Below, in pieces: positions 30,065 to 40,792 of a DNA stretch of 64,000 bases. A program made the translations under genes and the position numbers. Every line of letters starts with the position of its first letter. Positions within the stretch are counted from its first letter, which is position 1. The notes beneath the pieces were generated by a model. That model did not search any database, was not told the origin of the DNA, and saw nothing but the letters and a program-made list of their open reading frames with translations. This stretch comes from Spirochaetia bacterium (lineage in GTDB: Bacteria; Spirochaetota; Spirochaetia; UBA9216): assembly GCA_965140585.1 (NCBI GenBank), contig OZ223272.1, positions 224,001-288,000 of the forward strand. Direction: 5' to 3'.

Positions 30065-30979
30065 ATGAGGCATTTCAAACCCGGTTTATTAGTCCCGATT
30101 TTTTTTATGATTTGCTTCTGGGCGCTTACACCCGTTGCTATTGCTTACGTAAAAATCAATTTCTCGCTACCTTTTCAGATATGGATTCGTTATTGTGCAT
30201 CCTGCATTGTTCTTTGGTCAGTGATTCTTTTTAATAAAAATCTAAGAGAATCTCTTTCAAAAAATAAAACGGCCCTGAAGAATTACCTGAGAAAAGCTTT
30301 TATTACAGCCTTATGTACTTTATCATTTCAACTCCTTTACACATACTGCTTTTTTTTAATCCAGCCGACTTTCGGGATACTTCTGTATCAGTCACAAGCG
30401 CTTTTCTCTCTGCTGCTTGGAGCTCTTATAATAAAAGAAGAACGGAGATACCTGCAGTCAGGAAAAACAATCATCGGACTGCTCCTCACTGTTGCAGGAG
30501 CCACTACAGTTATACTTTTTTCATCATCGGGTATTAAAGTGTCTTTAAATTTAGGAATTTTAATGGCAGTACTTGCAGCCTTTTCCTGGGCACTTGTAGG
30601 GCTTACGAACCGTTTATGGCTTACACATTATTTCCATCCTGTGATTAATGTAACAATAGTCTTCAGTATTGTAAGCCTGATGCTTACACCTGCAGCATTC
30701 GTGGCTGCTCCCCCAGTATCCGGAAACCCGAATATTCTTAAGTGGATAATTCTTATCGGTTCCGGGTTACTGGGGGTGGCAGGAGGACAGGGACTATTTT
30801 ATTACATACTTCCCAGGATAGGATTGATTCCGGCAGCACTGGTGCAGCTCCTTGTCCCGTTTATAACTGGAATTTTCTCATATCTTATCTTAGGTGAGCT
30901 TATGAATATAATACAAATTTTCGGGGGAATATGTCTCCTTTCAGGCTGTGCGGTTATCATTGCACAAAAAGCAAAATAA
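30065..30979 (+). CDS. EamA/DMT family transporter
   Basis: 304 aa, ~10 TM segments, duplicated EamA architecture. Confidence 0.85.
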   Translation: MRHFKPGLLVPIFFMICFWALTPVAIAYVKINFSLPFQIWIRYCASCIVLWSVILFNKNLRESLSKNKTALKNYLRKAFITALCTLSFQLLYTYCFFLIQPTFGILLYQSQALFSLLLGALIIKEERRYLQSGKTIIGLLLTVAGATTVILFSSSGIKVSLNLGILMAVLAAFSWALVGLTNRLWLTHYFHPVINVTIVFSIVSLMLTPAAFVAAPPVSGNPNILKWIILIGSGLLGVAGGQGLFYYILPRIGLIPAALVQLLVPFITGIFSYLILGELMNIIQIFGGICLLSGCAVIIAQKAK

Positions 30980-30980
30980 C

Positions 30981-31775
30981 TTAATATGTCCCCATATATG
31001 GCTGACCAGTATGAGCAGTCAGTCCTCCATCAATCGGCAGGTTTACGCCATTGATAAAATCAGATTTTCTTGATGCCAGAAAGACAACTGCATTTGCAAC
31101 ATCAACCGGTTCAGCAATGTAATGTACCGGATAGGCTGCTTTGAATTTATCTTCTGCGCCCACAACAGAGCTGAATGTATTTTCAACAATTTCAGTTCTT
31201 ATTATTCCCGGACATACAGCATTAACCCTGATTCCCTTATCAGCATAATCAAGTGCCATACATCTGGTCATGTTGGTGATTGCACCCTTTGCTGTATTAT
31301 ACGCAACCATATCTGTATCCCCTAAAAGGCCTGAAACTGATGACATATTGATTATCGAACCCCATTGATTTTCGAGCATCTGAGGAAGAAAATAATATGA
31401 ACAGAGATAAACACCCCGCACATCTATATTCATGATACGATCCCAATCTTCAGGCTTTGTTTCATGCAGTTTTCCAGCCTGATGAATTCCGGCATTATTA
31501 AAAAGGATCTCACAGTTCCCAAATTCAGTTTTTACAAAGTCTGCCAGCTTACGCACATCATCTTCATTACTTACATCACCGCTAAAAAAGCGGACTTCTC
31601 CCGGAAAATTTCTGCTTTTTATTTCCTGAATCAGTTCATGCCCTCTCTGATCACGCCGTCCATTAAAAACGACCCTTGCGCCTTCCTCCACAAACCTTAG
31701 CACGGTTGCTTTTCCAATACCAGAAGTTCCGCCTGTTATCACACTAATTTTCTCTTTCAATTCCATCTTTATCAA
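30981..31775 (-). CDS. SDR family oxidoreductase
   Basis: TGGTSGIG, NNAG, YNTAK, IDGG. Confidence 0.93.
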   Translation of the reverse strand: MIKMELKEKISVITGGTSGIGKATVLRFVEEGARVVFNGRRDQRGHELIQEIKSRNFPGEVRFFSGDVSNEDDVRKLADFVKTEFGNCEILFNNAGIHQAGKLHETKPEDWDRIMNIDVRGVYLCSYYFLPQMLENQWGSIINMSSVSGLLGDTDMVAYNTAKGAITNMTRCMALDYADKGIRVNAVCPGIIRTEIVENTFSSVVGAEDKFKAAYPVHYIAEPVDVANAVVFLASRKSDFINGVNLPIDGGLTAHTGQPYMGTY

Positions 31776-31890
31776 AGACCTCCTTTTTTGATATTGAATT
31801 AGAAATATTTTTCATGTTAACATAATATATATACTATTTTTGGAAATTTTTTCTTTTTTTTTATAAATTTTATACACATGCGGGGAACCA

Positions 31891-32856
31891 ATGTTAATCA
31901 AAGCAATTAGAGTTAATGAATACGGAAGTCCGGAAGTTCTTAAACAGGAAGAAATAGTTCTTCCTGAACCGGGCCCTGATGAAGTAATTGTACAGATTCA
32001 TGCAGCCGGCGTTAATCCTGTAGATACCTATCAACGTTCTGCCAGCCGTGGATATAAGCCGAAACTGCCCTACACCCCGGGGCTTGATGGTGCCGGTATG
32101 ATTATTAATACAGGTGCAAATGTATCAGCCTTTAAAAACGGAGATAAGGTATATATAGCAGGTCACAGCAGTGGAACCTATGCAGAGGCTGCTGTTGTTA
32201 AAGAAAATAAAATCTACCATATCCCTGAGACTCTGAATTGTATGGAAGGAGCCGCCCTTTTCGTTAATTATTTTACAGCCTGCAGAGCCCTGTTTCAAAG
32301 AGGCTCATTGATTGAGGATGAAAGAGTACTTGTACACGGAGCAAGCGGAGGAGTAGGTCTTGCAGCACTCCAGATGCTTAAGTGGAAAAACATAGATATA
32401 ACAGCAACTGCAGGGACAAAAGACGGCGTTGAACTTATCAAAAGTCTTGGTATAAAAAACATTCTGAACCACAGGGCCCCTGAACATTCCACTGAAATGG
32501 AAGCTTGCTGCAGAAACGGTTTTGATGTCATTCTTGAGATGAGCTCTGATAAGAACCTGCAGACAGATCTTGAATTGATTACTGAAGGGGGAAGAGTTCT
32601 TATAGTGGGAAGCGGCGGAACAGTGACTATTGACCCCAGAAAATTGATGAGATCGGATGGAGATATCAGAGGAGTTATGCTGTTCAGTACTCCTAAAAAA
32701 GATATGGATAAAATTGCTCAAATGATTGCATCAGCAGCATCCGAAGGAGCAGTAAAACCCGTGATCCGCAAAGTATTCAGTCTTTCTGAAGCAGATAAAG
32801 CCCACACAATGGTAAGTTCAAAAGGGGCAGCAGGAAAAATTATTCTTAGAATTTAA
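31891..32856 (+). CDS. NADPH:quinone reductase (zeta-crystallin/MDR family)
   Basis: GVNPVD, PYTPG.DGAG, G.YAE, HGASGGVG, GKI.L. Confidence 0.92.
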   Translation: MLIKAIRVNEYGSPEVLKQEEIVLPEPGPDEVIVQIHAAGVNPVDTYQRSASRGYKPKLPYTPGLDGAGMIINTGANVSAFKNGDKVYIAGHSSGTYAEAAVVKENKIYHIPETLNCMEGAALFVNYFTACRALFQRGSLIEDERVLVHGASGGVGLAALQMLKWKNIDITATAGTKDGVELIKSLGIKNILNHRAPEHSTEMEACCRNGFDVILEMSSDKNLQTDLELITEGGRVLIVGSGGTVTIDPRKLMRSDGDIRGVMLFSTPKKDMDKIAQMIASAASEGAVKPVIRKVFSLSEADKAHTMVSSKGAAGKIILRI

Positions 32857-32943
32857 TGATATAGGTTTTTTATATACCATTACACAAAAGACATCATTAC
32901 AACCCAAAGCTATTGTATTATGTTATACTGATAGCCGGAGGAG

Positions 32944-33869
32944 ATGATGGAATTAACGCAGTTAAAATATTTTAAAGCAGTAGCGGAACTCCAGCATTTC
33001 ATCAATGCAGCCGAACAGCTTCATATTTCCCAACCGTCACTAAGCAAGGCCATTGCCAATCTTGAAGAAGAGCTTGGAACCAATCTATTTGAACGGGACA
33101 AGAAATCTGTATATCTTAATGAATTCGGCAAATGCCTCTATAAACATGTTAAAAAGGTTTTTGATCAGCTTGCAGAAGCAGAGATGGAAATCAAGGATAT
33201 GAATATCGGAGCACACGGAGATGTAAGGGTCGCTTCATCTTTTGAGCTTACCGAACCAAATCCGATTCTTGAAAATTCATGGAAATTCTATATGGATCAC
33301 CCTCAGATTCATTTTCATTTTTATCAGCAGAGCACTGAGCAGATCCTCAACCTGCTGGAAACAAGGTTTATTGATTTTTCATTATGCACAAAAGATGAGC
33401 TTAATCTGCCGCAGATCAAATGGAATCATCTGTATTCCGAAGAACTTTTTCTGCAGACAGCTGAGGGTTCCAGATTCAGTGAACGGGAATCTGTAAGGCT
33501 GGAAGAGCTCAGTAATGAAAATTTCATAATTGATAAAATTGCCCCGAAAAGGAAGATTCACTTCACCACCTCTGCAGGCAGGCCGGGTTCTCTCCAAAAA
33601 TAGCGTTTGAAGGGAACTCTGTTAAAATGACAGGGCAGGCTGTTGTCAGAGGATAAGGAGTTTCGTTTGTATCAAGAACAAGAAAGGAAAGAGTCCTTGC
33701 ATCCCCCAGAACCGAAGACTGGGAAAAAAAGCTTTTGTTTATACCGATAGAAAATGATTACAGCATCAAGGAGATAGGCATAGCGCATCTAATAGATAAA
33801 CGCCTCTCAGCCGCTGCAAAGCTGTATCTGGAAAACCTTCTTGAATCATTCAGCAGTTACACGTCTTAA
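32944..33869 (+). pseudogene. LysR-family regulator, disrupted
   Basis: Intact HTH (AAEQLHISQPSLSKAI..LEEELG). Frameshift near 33550, after which the LysR C-terminus continues in another frame (CRQAGFSPKIAFE...RG*GVSF) with an in-frame TAA. Confidence 0.85.
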
Positions 33870-33877
33870 GTTATAAA

Positions 33878-33918
33878 AAAAGCCTCAGATAAACCGGCTG
33901 TGTTTTGTCTGAGGCTTT
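33878..33918. terminator. Bidirectional terminator between convergent genes
   Basis: AAAGCCTCAGAT...GTCTGAGGCTTT inverted repeat. Confidence 0.7.
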
Positions 33919-33939
33919 CCCACAATAAATATCAGCTAT

Positions 33940-35629
33940 TTAATAATCAATATGACCTCTGGAATAATCACTGTATTCCTTAACCAGGGCATCCCAGTTT
34001 TTAGGAAGATCAATCTTTGTACAGGAGGGACCGCCATGATCTCCGCCGCCTGCAAGAACTGCCATCATTGGACCTGCCATTCCGCCTCCGACAACTGCAA
34101 ACATATGCCGACTGCTCCAGAATATTCTTGTAGGAGCCTTCATATCCTCAGGCAGCGGAACATGCTCAGGCTCATGCATGTTACCAACAAGCCACTGAAT
34201 ATCAACATCCTCACCCGGAACTCTTGCGTATTCAACGATGTAATCCATAACCTTCTTTTTAGTCCAGCCGGCATCGGCAAACATCTTCGCTGCTATAGGA
34301 GAGAAGATCAGAATAAGTCCCGGATCCCATCCAAGCGGGTTGATCTTACAAATCCCCTTAAGAAATGCAGCGGGACTTCCCTTCTGAAAAACCCTGTGCT
34401 CCTGCGGCCATGACATTGTAACAGCAGAGTCGGTTTCAGCAAATCCGAAATCCATATGAAGAGGCTGCCATGGATTCATCTCGGTGTTGTCACCCATGCA
34501 GTATCCGATCCTGAACTCATGCCCCATTTCCGCAAGATCCTCTATGCCTGGTCTTACACCGCCGATGTTCATGAGGATATTTCCATAGGCACGTGCAATT
34601 GCAGTATTTGCTTTATAATATGGCGACAGGAAGTTTCCGTCCACATTCAGGTTAATATCACGGACAATTGGACCGCTGAGGGTAAGCATGGGCCCCCAGG
34701 TTGACTGGATGCATGTCCAGCCTTCAAAGAATATCTTCTCATCAAGCGAACCCTTAACAGCAGATATTAGTACCGGTAGATATGTAGGAAGACAGGCGGC
34801 CATAACTGCATTTACTGCAATCTTTTCAACAGTTGCTTTGCCCATCATCGGTGGGATTTCTGCAACTACATAGTCGGCTGGAAGATCAGTTCCCCGAAGC
34901 ATTTCATCAACGGCTTCTCTTGTGGGCATCAGTATCGGAGATCCCGTTGCTCCATCCGTTTTTATAAAATATTCTATTAATTTCTTCGGAAGTTCCCGTA
35001 TAAGTTCCGGTTGCAAGACTCTGTTCAAGTACTGCAGGATCTGCTTCCTGTTTATTGAGCGGCTTGGTAAGGCCTTCAACCATCCAGTCTGTAATCATGG
35101 ACAGGTCGTCTTTCAATGCCTCTGAAACCAGCTCCTGAGTAACATGACCGCGGACACGGTCTACCTGAATATCATATTTGTATATCCTCATATCAGGAAC
35201 TTTCTTTGTAGTAACTCCGCGGACACCATTTCCAAAGGTCCGCTCTGTCGTAAGCATTACACAGGGTTTTCCAAGTTTTTCAATATATGCTGTATTATAA
35301 CCTTGGAACAGGGCGCTTGACGGAACGCTGCCGTAAAAACTTATTACTGTGTCCACCCCTTCAAGCCATGTATGAAACTCAGGAAGAAACTCTTTATTCT
35401 GACTGAGTTCAGGAAGTTCTACCAGGTATCTTATATGGGAAAATTTTAAATTTTTATATCTGCGGCTTAATTCTTTCTCAACCTCTTTGAGCATATATTC
35501 GGAATTAATCATAAAATCACCGAACATTCCGATTGTTTTTCCTTCAAGATCTTCAAGCCTTGGACTCAGCCCTCTAATTTCAGACCAGTCTACTTCCGCC
35601 CAGGGGCTGAGCACTTCAAATGTGCTCAT
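33940..35629 (-). pseudogene. UGSC-domain family fusion protein, split by a single frameshift
   Basis: ORFs 34907..35629 (L.PRL..LEGKTIG) and 33940..35079 (ATVEKIAVNAVMA.C.P) join as GWSNG-SPILMPT if one base of AACGGGATCT near 34943 is removed. Confidence 0.7.
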
Positions 35630-35719
35630 TTATTACTCCAATATCAATATTGAAGAAATTATAATGGTGGAGAAATATAGTGTCCAATTCTAAAAAATCA
35701 TTGAATTGATAGCTTGAAT

Positions 35720-37141
35720 CTATTGAATAGGCAGTTCAAACCAGACTGAAAGCCCCTTAGGGCTGTTGTTGAAGGCCCCGACACAGCCTCCGAATGCCTC
35801 GATAATTCTTTTACTGATAGAAAGGCCCAGACCTCTTCCGCCGGACTCTCTGTTTTCTGGAAAAGTCAACTCTGTAAAAACGCTCGAAGATTTTTTCAGT
35901 ATCACCTTCGGGAACGCCCTCCCCTTCGTCTGTTATGATAACCCTGACATATGAATGACCGGCTCGCTCAGTCCTGCCTTCTGAAAGGGAAACAGATACT
36001 GTGGTATCAGACGGGGCATACTTGTGAGCATTGCCAATTATGTTTCTGAGAACCTGTCTCAGCTTCTCCTCTTCTGCTGTAACAAAAACTTATTCGTACA
36101 AGCTGTCCAGATTAAGAGGAATCCCCTTGTCTTCAAACAGGGGACGAAGCTTAACACAGGTTTCATCAAGAAGTCCTGATAAAGATATCCGGTCCATATT
36201 CATTCCGGCAGCACCTGATTCCAGATCACTTAATAAACGAAGGTCTGAGATAAGTCCTGTCAGAATTCTGGTTTCTTCATAAAGGCTTTTCATCCGCTCT
36301 TCATCTGCTGTATATACTCCGTCAATTATCATCTCAAGATTAGCCTGTATAACACTCACAGGAGGCCGCAGTTCATGAGCAATATCAGAGAGCAGCGTCT
36401 GCCTTGAGTTCTCGGTTTTCTGGAGCCTGTCCGCCATGTGATTATAATTCTCAGCCAGGCTGCCTATTTCGTTTCTGCCTACGACATCAACCCTGGCTGA
36501 AAGATCTCCTGATGTTATTTTCTTAACTGCAGAATCAAGTTCAGTAATGGGCTTAGCAAATCTGGAAGCCAGAAGCGTTCCTGAAACAACAGCAAGAATG
36601 ATACCCAGAAGCACTGATATACCTGTAGATGCAGTTACAGCCTTAATAAAGGTCAGCTCCTGAGGATTATAATCCTGTGTGATCATCGATTTGAAAAATA
36701 TATATCCGATTGTATCGTCATCTATCAGAATTTCTTCGCCCTGATCTGTTTTCATTTTCTGCGGAAGCTTGTCATCGGGGGTTCCGTCCCGCTGTTCAAG
36801 TCCTGAGAAAACTACAGCTCCCTGTTTGTCGGTTATAACTATCGGAATCTCAGAATCTTTGGGGTGCCTCCGGTCAAAGGTTCTGTCTGCGGTTCCGTTA
36901 TATGTATCAGGATCACTTTTTATCCTTTCAAGATATTGCTCAATACCATCGAGTGTACCGTTTTCACTGCAGTAGGCTGAAATTGATTCCGCATAGTTTT
37001 TTTTGCTATCGCAATATCATTCTTTTCAACTAGATCATCAAAATTTTTATTTAAGGAGATTCTTACTATAAGATATGTCGCAAGGCTGCTGAGTATCAGA
37101 ATTACAGCAAGCCCTGCAAACAGTTCATTTCTAATTTTCAT
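35720..37141 (-). pseudogene. BaeS-like sensor histidine kinase, fragmented
   Basis: Fragments in several frames: N-terminal TM (36920..37141), HAMP plus H-box DIAHELR.P (36090..36755), N-box, GRGLGLSI G2 box (35720..35905). Confidence 0.85.
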
Positions 37142-37822
37142 TCTTTTACCTTGTATCCTACACCCCAGACAGTCAGGATGATATTCGGGTCAGAAGGATT
37201 ATCCTCAATAAGTTTCCGCAGATTTTTAATATGTACATCAATCGTTCTCTCATATCCTTCATATTCATATCCGCTCAAAACCTGAATCAGTTCGCCGCGA
37301 GTGAAAACCTGCCGGGAGACTGGAACAGAAGGTGTAGCAGCTCAAACTGAGCTGAGGTCAGGGTGACTTCCTTTCCGCCTTTTGTAACTCTACGCTTTGA
37401 GCTGTCTATCTCAATTTCATTCAGTTTAATCAATGATGATGCTTCAGCAGCATCTGATACAGCGACAGCTCTTCTGAGTACCGCCCTTATTCTTGCACAT
37501 AATTCTCTCACACTGAAAGGCTTTGTCATATAATCATCCGCACCAATCTCAAGCCCCAGAAGCTTATCTGCCTCCGAGTCTCTGGAGGTAAGCATTATAA
37601 TGGGGGTTCCGGAGGAAGTTCTGATTCGTCTGGCAACTTCCAGACCGTCCAGGCCCGGAAGCATAAGATCAAGAACTATTAAATCAGGTTTCCCGGATTC
37701 ATGCAGTTTGAGGGCATCGATTCCGTTAAAGCACTGCACCGCCTCCTACCCCAGCGACAGCAGATAATCTTTTATCAGATCATTCAGTTTTTTTCATCCT
37801 CAACTACAAGAATCTTTTCCAT
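37138..37822 (-). pseudogene. OmpR-family response regulator, disrupted
   Basis: MEKILVVEDE start, frameshift in an A-run, in-frame TAG, then LDLMLPG.DG, GADDY.TKPF; second frameshift near 37310 before RTIDVHI..LR. Confidence 0.88.
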
Positions 37823-37926
37823 ATCAGAATCCCCTTAATATTTTTCAGCCTGCACAGATACCGCAGCCGATACAGCTGGAACACCCGGCATAACCGGTAC
37901 CGGCTGTGGACGCAGAAACATCTGCT

Positions 37927-38885
37927 TCACTTACTTCCCGCGTTTCCCCATGGTAGTCTCGGCCGCCCCCGGAACCATGAGGGGTGTCCTCCGCCCTGGC
38001 TTGAAATCGATGATGCAAGAACCAGGCCTCCGCTGAACACTGCCGCGGCAGCTATCGGGGCAAGGACTTTTGGAATATCAGCCTTCCCCATCTTTGACGA
38101 AAGCGCGCCGTCAACAGGACAGGCATTCACACATTCCTGGCAGCCTAAGCATTCCGCCGTAGTGACTTTTTCAAGATTGGCGACATCAATATTCATAGGA
38201 CATGCCCTTGAACAGAGCGTACAGCCTGAACATTTATCCTGATTACGGACAATCCTGTTAGGACTTAACTTTGATAATATAGCATACCATGCACCTGCGG
38301 GACAGATATATTTACAGAAGCCCGTCCCATAAAGAATGCAAATATCAGAATTGCAAAAAAGAAGATATAAGAGCCCGGATTTCTAAGAAAAGCGGCAGAA
38401 AATCCCTGCCCCTTGAATATCCCCATCGTTGCAATAAACGGATCAGCTTTTATCATCCAGTGTCCGCCAATCAAACCAGCAAAGACTACGAATGCCGCCA
38501 GCACCGGATATTTAAACCATCGTAAGACCTTATCCGCTTTTTCGGGGATTCTCAGTTTCTTCCTTGACTTCTTAGGAAGAACCAGCCTGCCGATCTTTTC
38601 AAATAACTCCTGCAGCGCTCCCATTGGACAGACGTAACCGCAATATGCCCGTATGAATATAATGGAAAAAACCGACATTATCAAAAACAGTATCACCATA
38701 CCTGAAAACAAGCCTGCAATAGTGAACCCCGTATTGAAAACACCAGTAAAAAACATTTCAAAGCCGCCGATTGGACAAATAGCATGCTCCGAAACTACTC
38801 CTGAAATAAACAGGAAGAATACTGTACTTGTAGCAAGAACAGCCCATCTGATAAGCCTTGCCGGCTTTATCTTCTTTAATTTCAT
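37927..38885 (-). pseudogene. Membrane polyferredoxin (YccM/NosR-like 4Fe-4S binding protein), frameshifted
   Basis: CPIGG, YCGYVCPMG.LQE, then a frameshift at the second CxxxCP (~38320); ferredoxin CxxCxxC..CP motifs downstream in another frame. Confidence 0.82.
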
Positions 38886-39065
38886 ATGTACCCTCTCTCT
38901 CGTTATTTACAGGAGAGAGGATGACTGGAATTTGTAAACGAAATGTGAACGGGTGATGTAGAAAATATTTTTTTAATTAAACTTTTTTAAATACAATAAT
39001 AAAACTGGCGGTTTTCCCAAAAATCAAACCAGTCAGATAAATTTAGTGGAATTCATCTCCAATCC

Positions 39066-40760
39066 TTAACCGAACATCGGCGGTTTAACCGGATAATCCT
39101 GAATAGGCACATCTTCTGTAGAGAAAACCATTTCTCCGTTTTCATTTTTTACTATTATATATTTAAGCCATTCCTTATTATCCATCTGAGGATAATCTTC
39201 ACGCAAGAACCATCCACGTGATTCTTTTCTCATCGAGGCGGCCCTGAACTGCATCTCTGCGGAAAGAACCATTGCCTCAGCCTCATGACAGTTGCAAAGT
39301 CCATGAGGATCATCGGCTTTAAGCTTTGGAATCATGGCCTTTGCCTTTTCAATTTTACGAAGACCGATATCAAGCCTGTGCTGACTCATGTAGACGCTGT
39401 ATTCGACAGGACCTATGGCCTCCCTGACAGCAGTCATAAGTTCTTCAGCTTCAACACCTTCATTCCTTAATAAAGGCGCTACAGCCCTGTCTATGCATTC
39501 CTGAACCTGGGTCTGACTGACAGCGCAGAGTTCATTACGGGAGTTATAATCAGAAACTGATTCTGCAACCAGCAGTCCGTTAAAAACAGCGTTCAGGATT
39601 CCTGAACCACGGTTTCTTCCGGGAGGCGCAGGGACAGCCCCCGGAGAAGCTGATCCGCAGTAGCTTATATCACCTATTGCATAAAGGCCTGGAATAGTTG
39701 TCTGCATATCATGTCCGACTTTGACCGGAGACTGTTCACCAACAAGGCACATCACAACTTCCTTGTTATCGCCATCTTCTGCAGCAGCTTTTCCGTATAT
39801 CTTTTTCCATACTTTTATACCGTAGGGTCTATCCCATACATGGGAAGTTGTAAACAGTGCATCACCATGGGCGGTCACTTCATATTCATCAATATGAATC
39901 GAAACAGGGCCTTTGCCGGCAGCCATCTGATTATACCACTCCCGTACCGCGGTAGAAGAGATATCCGCTTCAGGGAAGCGTCTGAAGTTTTTTGTTATAT
40001 TCTCTCCAAGAGCGTTGTACATCACATTTTCTGAAAATACTGCGTCATGGTGATTCTTTGACTTATACTGCTGTGCAAAGTTCCCAAACTCAACATTGCG
40101 CATTTCAGCACCGGCTCTGTAAGCTGCAGCTATTCCGTCACCACGGCTATTCCACATCGGCATAATTTTATAGTTCTGACTGCCTGTTGCAAGAATTACA
40201 GTCTTTGCATTAATAGTATAAAAGGTTCCCTCAAGCAGACTATATCCGACAGCACCGACGGCCTTTCCTTCGTTGAGAAGAATATCTGATAAAACAACTT
40301 TATCCAGCAGCTCAACACCAAGCTTTTTAGCAGTCTTTCTGACATTAACAGTTATATCAAGATCAACACCTATCATTCCTGTCAGCGGACCTGTAGGCAT
40401 AACCTTCAAACTTCCATCCTCGTTATAGGGGACATTTACACCCCAGTCCGAAAGTTTTTCGATCATCTCGTTATTCATGCTGACATATTTGTGAAGCAGT
40501 TTCTGATCACCAAGATATGCTCCGACATTGTGCGCATGATATTCCACAAACTGATCCGGAGTGCAGCGGTTAAAATCAAAATACTGAAGTACTCCTCCAC
40601 CGCGATTAGCCTTTCCACTCCATCCGGTTGTATTTTTTTCCATTATCAGAACGCTTAATTTATCATCAAGCTCTTTAGTACGCACCGCTGCAGACAGACC
40701 AGCTATTCCGCCTCCTACAACCAGCACATCAACTGTCATATTCTTATTTTCAGGTTTCAT
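39066..40760 (-). CDS. SdhA/FrdA/AprA-superfamily flavoprotein of unknown substrate
   Basis: VLVVGGG.AGL, ILATG, GDG.A.AYRAGA, PGLYAIGD, RKESRG...REDYP. Confidence 0.9.
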   Translation of the reverse strand: MKPENKNMTVDVLVVGGGIAGLSAAVRTKELDDKLSVLIMEKNTTGWSGKANRGGGVLQYFDFNRCTPDQFVEYHAHNVGAYLGDQKLLHKYVSMNNEMIEKLSDWGVNVPYNEDGSLKVMPTGPLTGMIGVDLDITVNVRKTAKKLGVELLDKVVLSDILLNEGKAVGAVGYSLLEGTFYTINAKTVILATGSQNYKIMPMWNSRGDGIAAAYRAGAEMRNVEFGNFAQQYKSKNHHDAVFSENVMYNALGENITKNFRRFPEADISSTAVREWYNQMAAGKGPVSIHIDEYEVTAHGDALFTTSHVWDRPYGIKVWKKIYGKAAAEDGDNKEVVMCLVGEQSPVKVGHDMQTTIPGLYAIGDISYCGSASPGAVPAPPGRNRGSGILNAVFNGLLVAESVSDYNSRNELCAVSQTQVQECIDRAVAPLLRNEGVEAEELMTAVREAIGPVEYSVYMSQHRLDIGLRKIEKAKAMIPKLKADDPHGLCNCHEAEAMVLSAEMQFRAASMRKESRGWFLREDYPQMDNKEWLKYIIVKNENGEMVFSTEDVPIQDYPVKPPMFG

Positions 40761-40792
40761 ATTATTTACTCTCCAATTTCCTATTGGCTATC

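Noticed and set aside
34907-35079. Programmed frameshift or selenocysteine recoding in the UGSC-type gene
   Set aside because: No slippery heptamer or in-frame TGA at the motif, and neighbouring genes are also broken; decay or a sequencing error is simpler.
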